From: Heptranchias perlo
Taxonomy: Eukaryota
Assembly (NCBI RefSeq): GCF_035084215.1
Contig: NC_090354.1
Coordinates: forward strand, 7,998,001 to 8,062,000
Length of the DNA: 64,000 bases
Reading direction: 5' to 3'
The notes under the pieces are model-generated. The model made no database searches, had not been told where the DNA came from, and worked only from the letters and a program-made list of their open reading frames with translations. Each line of letters opens with the position of its first letter. The stretch's first letter is position 1. This document shows positions 38,101-53,700 of the stretch, piece by piece. Both the position numbers and the translations under genes were made by a program.

Positions 38101-41100
38101 CATGTGCGTAACGGTTTCAGGCTTCTTTGTGTTGCTCCGTAGCCACCTCACAATGTGAACGGGGCAAGTTCAAAGATCCATCAGCTTCAGAACATTGCTG
38201 AACCACACAACACAAATGTGTCATGAACTCACTGTTTACAGGAACAGGGACCAAATCGTCCATTTTTAGTCAATAACTCATTTATGCATTTTGGTAGGAA
38301 AAATGAGGAGAGGCAGTATAAACTAAATGGTGACATTTTAAAGGGGGTGCAGGAACAGAGAGACCTGGGGGTTCACATACACAAATCTTTGAACGTGGCA
38401 AGACAAGTCGTGAAGGCTGTTAATAAAGCATACGGGATCCTTGGGTTTATTAATAGAGACAAAGTACAAAAGCGAGGAAGTTATGGTAAACAGTTATAAA
38501 TCACTAGTTAGACCTCAGCTAGAGTATTGTGTCCAATTCTGGGCACCACACTTTAGATAGGATGTCAAGGCCTTGGAGAGGGTTTAGAGGAGATTTATCA
38601 GAATGGTATCAGGGATGAGGGAATTCAATTATTTAGTGAGATCGGAGAAGCTGGGATTATTCTCCTTAGAGCAAAGAAGGTTAAGGGGAGATTTAATAGA
38701 GGCATTCAAAATTATATGGGGTTTTGATAGGGTAGACGGGGAGTAACTGTTTCCACTGGCAGGAGAGTCGGTAACCAAAGCACACAGATTTAAGATAATT
38801 GGCAAAAAAGCCAGGGTGAACATGAGGAGAAATGTTTTTACGCAGTGAGTTGTTATGGACTGGAATGCATTGCCTGAAAGGGTGGTGGCAGCAGGTTCAA
38901 TAGTAACTTCTCAAAAGGGAATTGGATATATACTTGAAAAGGAAAAATTTGCAGGACTATGAAGAGTGGAGGAATGGGACTTAATGGATAGCTCTTTCAA
39001 AGAGCCGGCACAGGCATGATGGGCCGAATGGCCTCCTTCTCCGCTGTATGATTCTATGAACTCAGCTCCCATGTGCCACAGGGAGTAACGTATGAGATTT
39101 ATTATAGAATTCCCTGTCTTCACTCAGACATTCCGGGATCCTCAGCGTAGGGACACTAAGGTCCACGTCCCTTCGACAGAGTGCCCCCTTTGTGTAGCTG
39201 TAGAAACTATACTGAAGTATTGTTTTAGTGACGTGCTGCTATGTGGCTTAATTCTAATGTATAATGAGAGGGTTAATTGAGCAAGCATTCTAACACAATG
39301 GGGCATTTAGCTAAAAAAATCTAATTGACCTTAAGCCAGTCCAGTAAACAATGTGTACACAGCTCAATCATCGTGCCAGGATAAAAGATTGCACAATAAC
39401 ATTCAAAGTAAGTGGCAGCTAATAACGCTTATCGGAAAATATGTGCTGGACTTGAAAGTAAATTTCCTAGGTGACGGATAGCCAACATTGTTAATCCTTA
39501 TAACCCACAGATTCTTTCTGAACTCCATTGAAAATTTCCACAATGATGGATATACACTATTAATTTGATTGTTAAGCAGTTTCCCTACTTTCAGTTGTAC
39601 TGGGTGGTATCAACAGAGTTTACCATCAAGAATCATTTAAGTCAGATAATCTGAATTAGAATTTGATCCAGAGTCTGTGTCTCCACAGATAGTACAAAAC
39701 TTTTTAAAAGGATCAGTCTAGTGTGTTACACTGGTGCTTGGGTCACAGTTAGGAAAGCCACGAGTGGTAGCTCACTGTCACTGTCAGTTTAAAGGCATCT
39801 TTACTTTGAAGATGGAGTCCCAGGAGAGCAGCACTCAAATGGAGACCCTCAATCTCTGTGCAGCACCTTCCTGTTTACATGTAATGGCAGCACTGCTCCT
39901 TCTATTAAACTATTAAAAGGCAAGTGAGGACCAACAGCAGCTTGCAAAAATGTGGGTTTCTAATGCCACTGAGCTGAAGGAAGTTCCTCGTTTTATACTA
40001 GACAGTACCATCAGAAGTGTAGGTTTGTTGTCTGTGATACTCTCACATAAAGGTGCTTTAAACCATGCATCCCTGTTGGTGTATATGCATCTGGGAGTCT
40101 GCCGATGCAAATTGATAAAAAGAAACAATGAAACAATTTAAGATCCTCTGTGCTCAGTATAGGAATTCTGACTTACCTCCTCAGCTTTGCTAGGAGCCAC
40201 TGCATCAGGCACTACATCTGTAAAACTGGACAGACACTGGATTCTGCGCAGACGGTTCCGGAGTTCAGCATTCTGAGACATGACCTAGGGACACTCCATA
40301 GGTTAATTTCATAAATTAGCCACACGGGAGTTTAGCTTCAAGATAGGGTTTGGAAGAGAGCCTAAGGCTTACTGTGCAGAGTAGTGTTGGTGACTGGAGG
40401 GGTTCCAATCTGGTGAAACTTGGACAGTACAAGAGGTGTCTGAAGGTATTACATCCCAAGAACAAACAGTTTGTTTAGAACTTCCAAACTCTGCACTCCT
40501 GAAGGTAGTAACTTCTTCCACGAGCACCTGATGCCCTTTCATAGCTCACCAGTGAGGGTCAATAGTCTATTTGACCATGATTTGGGGAGGGGTGTATCAC
40601 AACCAAACCCTTAGGCCGTCCTCTCCCGATTTCCAAACAAGTGCACTTTCCAGCATAGCTTACTAGAGAGCAAACAGCAGGAACCTGGCCAATAGTATCC
40701 CCCACCCCCACCCCATAGGTGCTGAGGTCAACTGGTAGTGTGCCTAATGCTACCCCGATTCCGATCAGCTGGCTCAGCACAGATCTAACTTGGGACATTT
40801 GTAGTAAGTCCCAGTTCCTCACATGTGCCCACTGAGCCATCAGTGAGGTGTTTAAGATGATCAAGGGAGTTATTGGGTGGAGAGAACCTATTTCCTCTGG
40901 TGGGGGGGGGTCCAGAAGAAGGGGGCATAACCTTAAAGTTAGGAAGTACTTCTTCACACAAAGGGTAGTGTAAATCTGGAACACTCACCCCCAAAAAGAT
41001 GCTGAGGCTGGGGGTCAACTGAAAATTTCTAAACTGAGATTGATAGATTTTTGTTAGGCAAGGGTATTAAGGGTTACAGAACCAAGGTGGGTAGGTGGAG

Positions 41101-44100
41101 TTAAGATACAGTTCAGCCATGATCTAATTGAATGGCGGAACAGAATCGAAGGGCTGAACCTGTTCCTACTGGTTTTATATAGAAATGCCACACTTAAAAG
41201 AAACATTTAGTTTAATTTTTGAAATGTATTTTGCATATTTTAGCCTATGTGGAAAATCTTAATGGACACAGTAATGGATTTGTGCAATTAGCCTTAATAT
41301 CTCAGAACGAGGGAGGGGGGGGGAAATCAACGGGTGGTCCCATTCCTGATTGCCATCCAGTGATTCCCGCTGGAAAGTACAGATGTGCGAACAGTGGGAT
41401 ATAATCTCTTCTGAATGTAATAATTAACAGAAAATAAATCCTTTTATGTTAGCAAAGGAATCAAAAAAGGAAAACGCACAACAGCAAGAGGTTCAACCGA
41501 GAAGGCGTGTGTAGCAGGGTACTGATTCGGTGCGGCCAGAAGCTAAGTGAAGGGATAACCCATGAGATGTTCTCACCTCAGATAAGGTGTTCTTCAGGTT
41601 TGTGATCTGAATGGCTGGTGTGGTGGGATCCAGTTCTTTCTCCAACCACATCTGCTTTAGCCTCTCCTTCTCAATTGTGAGGGTGTTGAACAGGGACTTC
41701 AAACTCGAGTGAACTGGAACAAAAGGAGAAAAAGTAAAACAAAGGAGTTCACCCTTTTTAAACTGAACTGTTAATCTCACTTTTTTCCTTTTCATATTCA
41801 CTGGGCAGCCTGCCCGGTCCATAAATGAACTGCAGCAGGAGGGTAGGGAAAATGATTTGCTTTTTCTTTGCTGCTTTGAATGGGTGACTGGGAAGTGCAT
41901 GAGCGCACCCAAAGGATTACCTCTTCCTTCCCCCTGCAGCCCCTTGGGGGCTAGACCCAGCACCTCCATGCTGTGGTGAGACTGGGAGCAGGGCCCTAAA
42001 CAGCATAGAAGAATCGAATCTGTGGCACATCATGTCATTTCTCCTAATATGCCTGTTCTTTCTTAATCGTTAAAGTAACGCCCATGCTTTTTTCTAACTA
42101 GCTCCATTAATCTTGAAAGAACTGACATTCATGTAAACTGACATGCATGACATTCATGACCACAGGTCATCCCAAAACGCAAGAATCTACAAAGTCATTT
42201 AACGCATAAACATTTTCAACAAATACAGACAATATCCGCAGTGCAAATGGCCTATGATACTGTTGCGACACTCAAGTCAGGTACTAGAAAGTGTGCAAGT
42301 TGCCCATGGTGACTCTCTCACCAATTTTCTTTCCCTTTCTTTGGGGAGGTGCCCATCTTCCCCTCTGAGCTTCCCCCAGCAGCCTGGCCGAGATCAGGAA
42401 CTCACTGCGTAAAGAATCACGAGGGTGAACCCACGCCTTGCTGCTCTGCAGCACATGGCGTTGGGAGGGGGGCACTGCATTGCCACTCCCATGCAGAGCG
42501 GTCAGTTCTGAAACACTTTGGAATCCACCCGCACTTTTACAAGAATAAGAATTAAACCTCATGGGAAAAGGACAGATTTAAATACATTTTAAAATAATCC
42601 AGACCAGTGCAGAAAACCAATGTTAAGTGTTGGAATAGTAGAGGAAAATGACAAGCAAGTTAGCCCCTCTCAATTAGGGTTGACTTCTGGCTGGTTGTTC
42701 ACCGGCCCAGTTGGGTTTTTGGAATTGCTGCCGGGTTTAACGAGCAATACAGTGGTTTTAAAAAAAAGTGTGTGTTCATTTCCCACGGCGATGCTCCTGA
42801 TCAGTTGATGAATACGAGCTTTTTCCTTATAGACAAGATGGCAAAAAAATTTGGGACAATGTTCAAAAACTTGCTCCACAGAGAAGAGTAGCCAGAGCAT
42901 GGAACTGCTTCATGACAGTAGATTGAATGGGAAGTGTTGAGAGTAATTTACAATTGGGAAATATTGACACAAAAGTCTGAGTCAAAATTGTGACATCAGG
43001 AAGCAAAGTGGGTGGGCAGGAAGTGTGAGCTCTATTTAAGATTTTTAGTTGTAGGTTACATGTTGAACCAGCGTTAAAACTGCTAATTGGCATCAGCAAA
43101 TATTCCAAAAGTGATACTGGGCTGGTAAAAAAAACAGCCATGTGGCCACGCCATTCCCAAATCATGGGAACCTACGGTTAGCATCTGTTAAGGAGTCTGC
43201 TTTGTAACATAGAAATAGGAGTAAGCCCATTCAGTCCCTCGAGCCTGTTCCACCATTCAATTAGATCACTGCTAATCTGTACCTTACCTCCATTTACCCT
43301 CCTTTGTTCCATCTCCCTTGATACTCTTACCTAACAAAAATATATCAATGTCAGTCTTGAAAATTTCAATTGTCCCAGCATCCACAGCCTTTTGGGGGGT
43401 GGGGGGAAAAGAGAGTTCTAGATTTCCACTACCCTTTTGTGTGAAGTACTTCCTGATTTCACTGCTAAATGGCCTAGTTCTAATTTTAAGATTGTGTCCT
43501 CTTAATCTGGATTTCCCCCACCAGAGGAAATCATTTCTCTGTATCTACCCTTTCGAATCCCTTAAATCATTTTAAAATACCACGATTAGATCACCACTCA
43601 ACCTTCTAAACTCAAGGGAATACAAGTCATGTTTATGCAACCTGTCCTCATAATTTAACTTCAAGTCCTGGTATCATTCTGGTGAATCTGTGCTGTACCC
43701 CTTCCAAGGCCAAAACCAGAAGGGCACCCTAGTCATTACCTTTCTGTGATACAGAACAGAAATCCTGCTGCAGTTGCAAGTAATCTTCTTTTACGGTAAG
43801 GGGAACGGAGACGCTTTTCAAATCCAGGCAGTCTGGCAGACTGGGAGTGGAAACATGCAACTTCGCAGAACGCATGACATCGGAGGAAGCCTAGAGCAGA
43901 AAATGTTAGAATACAATAAAAACGGTTCCCAGTCACCAGTGAATGAAGATATTCCTGCCTGACATAGCCTGGAGGAGTGACCTGACGAGCACTCACAATC
44001 TGCTCAGGAAACAAAATTGGCCCAAACCGTAATCTGTAAACGTGGATCGTATAATATGTACTTTCCGATGCGACAGTGGAGGAGCAGGATATAAAGAGAC

Positions 44101-45261
44101 CCTGTGTGTGCGTTTTGTTTTCCACAATGATAATATTATTAAGTTTGTTGCTCTCAGCATAAAAGTATTCTCTCTATAACCTGCAGGCTTGGCTTTAATC
44201 CTGCTGTTAGCTTTTATTGCCTCACAGTTTGCTTCATAACAGACATCTATTGCTTTATGAAAATTACTGGTAAATTATATGAAAGAAATCATAATCTCTC
44301 AATTACCAACAGCAGTGTGCAACAAGTTGCTTTTCTCTGCCGCTTGACACACACCATTTCCTACACAAAACACAGGGATTTTAATTTCATTTGTCCTTGA
44401 TCAAAATCAACATGCTTTTTGCCTGATGCAAATTAATTGTGTTTTGCCACAAGGAAACTCTTTGCATTCTTCTGGCCCTGCTCTATTTTTCTCTCCTGAA
44501 GGTGTTGACTCTTAGTTCTTTGTCTGCCTGAGGTTCTCCAGTGCCTTGTCCAACTGACCCTCTGCCATGAGTGCACGTCACAGCCGAGTCCAACGCGGTC
44601 TTCACCTGAAGCACAAGCCGGCACACTTTCCAGGAGGGGTCACTAGAAAGCAGTCAGGAGCAAGAACCCTGGCTCATTTTTCCTAATTTCTAACTGAGGA
44701 ACGCTAAGGGCAAATTGAAGTTCCCAACTGTTGCTAACCCAGGCTGGCCATTAAACCGGCACCTTTCAGGTTTATATCAAAATACCTGTTAAATACTCTG
44801 AACCTCCTTGTGCCACTGTGTTATGGAGAAATCTAGCTGGGAAAGTTTGCTTTTTTTCTCCTCCACCTCCACTGCCCAGAGAGACTTAATCCTTTCTCAT
44901 TCTTGTAGAAGAAACCCAACACTTAAATAGCAGTTTTCATGGCCGCGGGACGTCCCAAAGCACTTCACGGCCAATATGTTACTTTTGAAGTGTAGTCACT
45001 GTTGTAATGTAAGTAACTAGTTTTGCACGCAGGCAGGACCCACAGACAGCAGTGAGATTAATGACCAGTTAATATGTTTAGATGAGTTGAGAGAAGAATG
45101 TTGGTCAGGAGACCAGGAAAATACTGCCATGATGTCCATTTGAACAGGCAGACGGGGCCTCAGTTTAATATCCCATCTGAAAGACAGCTCTTCCAACAAT
45201 GCAGTACTCCCTCAAGTACTGCACTGAGGGGATTATGGGCTCAAATCCTGAAGTGGGGTTG

Positions 45262-45292
<31 letters not shown>

Positions 45293-47703
45293 AACTGAGC
45301 CAAACTGAAACAACGGCTAACATTACTATTGAGTTCCTCATTTTAAAAAAAACTTTACAAAGAGCAGTTATATGGGCTGACACTCTAGAGAGTTACACAT
45401 CACAGCAATGAGCATTTAACATCCATCGTGTGAGATTAAACTCAGATGACAATTCCCTTCCTCAAGCCCTAACATGCGGGTTGAAATCAAACTATGTGAT
45501 ATTAGTAACAAACACATCAGTGTGTTTGTATGAAATTCTTTTGTTTGCTATTTTAATGAAGGCAACAACCCATTTAAAATAAGAAGATTAATTCTCGTTA
45601 AAAAGCCGAGGAATGTCACAAGAACATGGTTGTAAGCTTGTTCTTAATATCACACAGTGTGAATTCAATCCTACGATGTCTTGGAAACAATGCAGTGTCA
45701 TGAAGTTAATTTATCCAAAACACAGCAGGACATGGCTCAGAACATTTAGAATAGATGAGTAGAGACAGATTTACAATGATTTTAAATTAGGCACAGACAT
45801 TCTAAAAACATTGCAGCATTTCTCCAGCTTTGGCAGCTTTTCATTTCAAATTTTGCTTTTATTTTAAGTTGCACATTTTTAACTTATAAATGTGCATTTC
45901 ATACACAGTTTTAGTGGCAAAACCAATTTTCTTCCCTCTTCTCTCCTCAAGACATGGCTTCATGTTGGACTGTTCCAGAGACTTGAGCACAAAGTCTAAG
46001 CTGACACTCCCAGTGCAGTACTGAGGGAGTGCTGCACTGTCAGAGGTGCCTTCTTTCGGATGAGATGTTAAACAAAGGACCCGTCTGCCTTCTCAGGTGG
46101 ACATAAAAGATCCCATGGCACTATTTGGAAGAACAGCAGGGGGGTTCTCCCCAGTGCCTACCGATTGGGAGCTGGAAACGTTGTTTTCTTTACTCCTAAG
46201 CCCACGGATGCTGAGGCCAAATGTAGTGACCTACTGATTGGGATCAGCTAACTCAACACAAACCTGGAATACTCCTAACTGAGTACTACAATGGGCAGTG
46301 CATTTACGACTAAGCTACTGAGGGAACTGCAGGAAAGGCAATGTTGATAAATGAAACACCATATTACTCAACTTTCAAGGAAAATGTGAAGGTCTAGCAT
46401 AAATTTGGTTCTTCTGCACTAATTGACAGAATTTTGAGTTAAAACTGCTGTCAAAATGGGAGCAGCCTGATCTCATTGGATTTACAAGACCTTAGGGGCA
46501 TCCTTAAGGGGTCTTCCAATCTGAGTAGATTGCCTGAAATATAGATTGTAGACTAGTCATGCAAGTGACCCATCGAGCATATTACCTTGGTCTCATCCTT
46601 TGCAAAACTTTGGGTGCACCATATTTTAGACGAGCGTTTTTCCTTTTTTGGTTTGTCAGCATGTAAACCCTGGAATAATTCAAAAACAAAAATATAAAAA
46701 AAGGTAAATACAGCAGATTGATATAACTGCAAATTCTTTTTAAATTCAAAATGTCCTCAGGCTGGGAAACTCATGCATTTGGGGAGCTGTCATAAATTGA
46801 GAGACAATCGTTTGATTATTTTAAATTATTGCACAATGCTGGACCAAAGCTACTCATTTTAATTTTTAATATACACTAGCGAGAACATTCTCAAACACAG
46901 CCTGTCTCCGATAGAATTCCCAAAATATATTGTATTTTTTTTTTGTTTTCCCCCTGCGCCCCCCCCTCTCTCTCTCTCTCTCTCTTCCTTAAGGCAGTGA
47001 CTCCCTTACTGTGGCATTGTTCTACAGGCAGCAGTCACTCTCTCTGATACCTTACCGTTGTTTATGTGAGGCCCTGCACGACGATTGTCCTTATCCTGTG
47101 CTCACCCACCATCCATACCCACACCAGCACTTCCAAGCAGGGGTAGCTCTGTAGCAGTCAGAAGACAAGACACTGACCAATTGCTCCCTTCTCCAACCCA
47201 GAAGCGTTGTGGCCAATCGTGGCATCGCACTGTTACCCTCCCAGGTCAGTCAACTCAACACACAAGGTGGGAGGGGGTGGAAGAATTCAACCTAGGACCT
47301 CCTGGCCCGTACCGTTCAGAGGAAGAGGGGTTGAGTCTCTGAGCCGTAAAAATTCTGGATAAACGGCATAAACACCGATTACGCCATTTCCCCCTGGGGT
47401 TTCTGCGGCTCTTAGGCTGAAGTTGCATCAGACAAGCAGGAGAATCTCCGCAGAAGCTCATCCCCATTGACTTCACCACAAACTTTCATCAGCTATGTCC
47501 ATCTCCAAAAGTATTAAAATAACTCCTAGGAAATACCCCCTCACTGCTTTATTACATGTGACCATCCAATACAACTCACGGTTTCCTAAAATGGAGTACA
47601 TTCTCCCTATTTATTAAAAATTACAGTGTAACTGATTGTTTATAAGAATTTAGTCATTTCCCTCAGGACTTACATTGAAACCAAACCCATATTAACAAAA
47701 CGT

Positions 47704-47737
<34 letters not shown>

Positions 47738-50700
47738 TGAAGGGGACTATGTAATAAAGCTCTCTGAATCAAGAGTGGTCCCTTGATGATAAATTAATTG
47801 TAATTGGAGCGCACTATTCCAAAACAAGCCATCTGCTTTTAATTTCGATGCAATTAATCCCAATTTTGTTCATACAAGAACCCATTTAAAATCCCACGTT
47901 TCCGGTTTAAATCATTTATAGCCACAACTAACCTGAATTTAACAGAAGCAAGACTTCTCACATCCAGCCTAAGCATCAATTCCCTCATCACGAGTTCTAC
48001 TAATATTACATGTGAACAGTTCAGGCCACTCGCTAAGTCAATTTCCTCACACTTGTTTTGTAACATTGCCACAAGCCTTCCTTTTAAATGTCGCTTCTCA
48101 TTTACTCTGCTTCCCTTTCTTCAATCTTTTTCCAGATGAGCTTCTCTCCTCCTTTTCTGGAGCCACTGGCTCTTGCTCTGATTCACAGGCACTGGCAGCT
48201 CTCTGGTATCTCACCTAAGTGGCCATTCCTTCTACGTAAGGCTCGGTGAAGTTTCAGCAGGCTATCTGACTGTGGCAGGCACCACAATTCTGTTCCATCC
48301 TGCTCTCGCCCAATGTCTGTACAAGTACACCTTCCAACAGGGGTCACTGGAGAGTAATTAGAAGAAGGATCCCTGTCTAATTTCTCTCCCTAGCCCAGGG
48401 GCACGGAGATGAATGTTAACACTCCTACTGCTCTAATTGTTGAAATCAGCTAACTCGGTACTGACAGGGACCTAGGACCTGCCTGTCTTTATGGACCAGT
48501 ACAATACAAGGCAGTGCACTTACAGCTGGAGCAGGGGAATAACCATCAGAAACTTTAAATAATAATCTACTTAATCTCATAGCATGCCTTTAAACCATTA
48601 AACACTAGGAGAACATATTGTTTGCACTGAAGCTCCAAACTCAGGATGTGGTGAAGTTGCTGGAAACTAATGGCTTTTGTCTTTTTGAATTTTAAAAAAT
48701 AATTGCTGTATGTGAACACTACCGCCTGTGTTGTTGCTCAGTTACTGGAGTCAAGCATTTCAATATTTAAGTAACAATTTTTTCTATCCAACTTTTTAAA
48801 CCCAGTTACAATCTTACTCAATCTCAAATGTGCAGCTTCCAGTTCCTTCCTAAGGTTGTTGTCCTTGGAGCAGAGAAGGTCAAGAGGAGATTTGATAGAA
48901 GTGTTCAAAATCATGAAGGGTTTAGATAAAGTAAATAAAGAGAAACTCTTCCCATTGGTGGAAGGGGGCGAGAACCAAAGGACACAGATATAAGGTGATT
49001 GGCAAAAGAACCAAAAGGCAACATGAGGAAAAACTTTTTTTTTAAAAAAACACAGCCAGCGGTTATGATCCGGAATGCGCTGCCTGAAAAGGGTGGTGGA
49101 AGCAGATTTAGTCGTGGCTTTCAAAAAGGAATTGGATAAATACTTGAAGGGGAAAAATCTGCAGGGCTACGGGGAAAAAGCAGGGGAATGGGACTAACTG
49201 GATTGCTCTTGCAAAGAGCCGGCACGGGCTCGCTGGGCCGAATGGCCTCCTTCTGTGTTGTAACCATTCTACGATTCTAATCCTACCAAGTGGCTCTCTA
49301 AAGCCTTACCCCCAACGAAGTCAAACACATCTCTCTCTTTTGTATTCTTAGGCCATGTTTATTTCTCTAAATCTACTGTTAGGCAAACTGTCTCAAGTGA
49401 AGAGGAACAGAAGAGGGAACACACACAAATGAAAACGCACGTACACGAACACTACAGGAACTGTCGGCCTCCACTTTACCACCTGGTTCAGTCGGTGTAA
49501 TATTTTTGTTCCATACCTGAGCATCACAAATGACGGGTGCTGAGTGAACCCTATCCACCACCTCCAGCTTCTGCAGGAGTCTATTCAGTTCGCCAAGGTT
49601 TGACTGACACTGATTGAGATCTAAAAGATTGCAGAATGAATAAGATTTAGCAAGAAGTTAAAACATGCTGTGTATGAACACTTTCCTCCAGGACTCTGTT
49701 GAAAGCCCAGATAGAAGCAGCTTCTTTATCTGAAAACACTGGATGATACAGTGTGTTACAAAACTCTCCCTTCCCTTTTGGGCTCTGAACCTGTACTGGA
49801 TGCAAAGGCACCAAATGATGTTCAATTACTGTATCACGGGCACTGATGGCACTATTACAAGTGGTCATTCTTCATGTGAGAGCCCGGATAGTGAGTGAGT
49901 GTCAGCAGGTTATTCGATGGCATCAAAGCAAGCACATTCCTGTCCTCACCGTGCATACACTTTCCAGTAAAGGGACGACAGGACAGAGATCAAGAGCAGG
50001 AACCCCAGCAAATTTTTCCCACTCCCTACCCCACAGATACAGAGGACAGTTGTGCCACCATTTCCACTTCAGCTCACGGTAGCACAGATCAGGGACTGAA
50101 GCTAGGACTAACCCATATAGAATCATACAGCACAGAAGGTGGCCATGCAGCCCATCATGCCTATGCTGGCTCTTTCAAAGAGCTATCCAATTAGCCCCAC
50201 TCCCCTGTAAATTTTTCCTTTTCAAATATATATTCAATTTCCTTTCAAAAGTTACTAAATCTACCACCCTTTCAGGCAGCGAATTCCAGATCATCATAAC
50301 TCGCTATATAAAGAAATTTCTCATCAACCCTCTGGTTTTTTTTGCCAATTATTTTAAATCTGTGTCCTCTGGTTACCGACCCTCCTGCCAGTGAAAACAG
50401 TTTCTCCTTATTTACTCTCTCAAAACCCCTCAATTTTGAACATCTCTATTAAATCTCCCCTTAACCTTCTCTGCTCGAAGGAGAACAATCCCAGCTTCTC
50501 CAGTCTCTCCACAAAACTGAAGCCCCTCCTCCCTGGTACCATTCTAGTAAATCCCCTCTGCACCCTCTCAAAAGCCTTGACATCTTTCCTAAAGTGTGGT
50601 GCCCAGAATTGGACACAATATTCCAGCTGCATGTACAGCTCAGTGCATCTACTCACTTAGCGCTCCAGGCTGAAATACTACAGGTCTCTTGATCTGAAAC

Positions 50701-53700
50701 AAAAATAGACTAAGCTGGATATACCCAGCAGGGTGGTTAATCTGGCTTTTCCATTTTCATGAACAGCCTTGATGTGCATTTCCAGATTTCCAATTTTTCT
50801 TCTCTCTATCTGAATGCTCTCAACTTTCACAGTAGAGACGAAAACCACAGTAATCATTTAATAAACAGCTTGATGTTGTAATGGGGGAGCACTGAGGGTG
50901 CAGGTTCTCTCCAGATGGATGAACAAGGTACAGATTCTATTTAATAAAAATGCACGCCTATAAATCCAATGCAAATTAAATGCAAATAGTCTCTAAAGAG
51001 AGTTACCTTTAGCACACTGGTCCCATTCCTCAGACTGCTGCAACCACGCTGGTGTCACTGTTTGCCCAGTCACAGATGCCGAAGGGAGGTGACCATTGCC
51101 TTTAAATATGTCTCTGCTGAAGGACTCACTCTTTTGTGCCTAAACAAGATAATGACACAACTGCTTATTGTCTCCGCAGGAACAGAGGGGAAAAAAAACG
51201 CACTGAGATTACAAAGTTTGTTTGCATTTTAGGTGGTGCACATCGCAAACTAAAAAAAACAAACGGGCTGCGTCACTGGCTCAGGGGCCGGCACAATCAC
51301 ATGATTAACAAGAGAGGCTGGAGAGGTTGCGTTAGCCCTCTGGTACCACGCCTGAGTGGCCATTTTTCATGTGTGACACTGTCATTCTTCCAGTTCCAGT
51401 GGATACTGAGACCATGGAAAGAAAGAACGAACTTGCATTTCTATTTTCTTTCACAACCTCAGGTCGTCCCGAAGTGCTTTACAGCCAATTAAGTACTTTT
51501 TGAAATGTAGTCACTGTTGTAATGTAGGAAATGCAGCAGCCGATTTGCACACAGCAAGCTCCCAAAAACAGTAATGTGATAATGACCAGATAATCTGTTT
51601 TTAGTGATGTTGGTTGACCGCAGGAAAGTTGGATCAATGGTGGATTGAAGGAAAAAGGGAACAGTGATACGTAAAATATACACACAAAGCCTTGGAGAGG
51701 GAGCAGAGGAGATTTACTAGAATGGTACCAGGGATGAGGGACTTCAGTTATGTGGAGAGAAGCTGGGATTGTTCTCCTTCGACGAGAGAAAGTTAAGGGG
51801 AGATTTAATAGAGGTGTTCAAAATTACAAAGGGTTTTGATAGAGTAAATAAGGAGAAACTGTTTTCACTGGCAGGAGGGTTGGTAACCAGAGGACACAGA
51901 TTTAAGGTAATTGGCAAAAAAACACAGCAAGTTGTTGTGATCAGGAATGCACTGCCTGAAAGGGTGGAGGAAGCAGATTCAATAGTAACTTTCAAAAGGC
52001 AATTGGATATACAGGGCTATGGGAAAAGAGCAGGGGAGCGGATAGCTCTTTCAAAGAGCCAGCACAGGCACGATGGGCCAAATGGCCTCTTTCTGTGCTG
52101 TGTATGATTCTATGTTGGTGGGGAACCAGTGGAGGTCAGGGGTGAACAGGATTTAGTACAGGATAGGATGCAGGTGAAGGAGTGTTGCACAACATCTGGA
52201 GGAGCCAGCGAGGAAAGCAATTACACTACAGCGACCGTACCTTGCTGCACAGGGGTACAATGGGACTGGCCGACAGGAAGTCTGCTGTCGGAGAGATGGA
52301 AAAGTTGTATCCGTTTGCTCCGTATGGAACTTTAACGGGGTCACCTTTCTGGAACAATCGGTGATAGCACAGCTTGGACACCCAGGTGCTGAAGACTTCC
52401 TGAGATTTCACCTGCAATAACAGAACAAACATCACGTCTAGTTTTTTCTATCGTTAGTATAAAAAGTCATCATGTACACCTACTGAGAGTTCACCGATGA
52501 CGAGGAGTCAGTAGTGCAAGTGTTAAAAGCTCAATTGTTTCAACTGAATTTGTTCCTTTGCACGGCAGAGTTGTTTGTTTGTGAGATCTGAGCAAACTCC
52601 TTCATTGTAACTGGATAAATACACGGTAATTTTCTTTTTTAAACTACAGATTGGACAAGCAGCAGTTATACTGAGCATTGTACTGTACCAGTAAGTCTCA
52701 TTTACTTTACAAACAATGATGAGCAGGTAAAGACGCTTTGGTCCATCCAGCCTGTCCCACACAGTCACGATACCTTGTGTATCACAATATATACACGCCC
52801 CACCCCACACGTGATCTCCTGGGCGAGGCAAAAAAAAAAAGATAAAAACGCAGGCCAATTTGGGGGACAAAAATTTGGGAAATTCCTCTCCGACCCCTTT
52901 GGCGATTGAAACTAGACCAGATCACCATTCTGGCCCTGACAATTCTATGCATTACATTACCTACCTTTTGTAAGAGACGACTTCCACCCCATCCAGGAAC
53001 AGGTCCTGCTCTCCCTTTACATATGAAAGAAAAGTTCCAAAGTAAGAACTTTCCTTTCCTGTTTCACTTTCTTTGCATCTTTGAATTTCATCCTTTTCTC
53101 TTCACCTGTTTTCTCTCTCTGCTTATTTACTTGGTGCCAGTTTTTCTTTCTATTTGTTTTACTTTCCGTAGCAGACAGGATGGCGAGAGAAATCGGAGGG
53201 GTTTTGATAGAGTGGATGGGGAGAAAACGTTTCCACTGGCAGGAGGGTCGGTAACCAGTGGGCACAGATTTAAAATAGTCGGCAAAAAATCTAGGTGGGG
53301 GGGGGAAATTAGGAGAAGTTTTCTTTTTTATAAACGCAGCGAGTTGTTACGAAGTGGAATGCACCACCTGAAAGGGTGGTGGAAGCAGATTCAATAGTGA
53401 CTTTCAAAAGGAAATTGGATAAATACTTGAAAAGGAGAAATTTGCAGGGCTACGGAGAAAAAGAGATGGGGAGTGGGACTAATTGGATAGCTCTTTCAAA
53501 GAGCCAGCAGAGGCATGATAAGCCAAATGGCCTCTTGTGCTGTCTGATTCTATGAAACCAGGGCTTCACGACAGATAGAGCAATAGAGACATGGAATTGA
53601 GGAGCTGTTTGGAACCCGTTAAAGACAGGAGCGGTAAAATTCTTAACTCAATCAGGCTAAATGCCAGTGCTTGGAAACAGCTTTAAGAAGATGGGGAAGG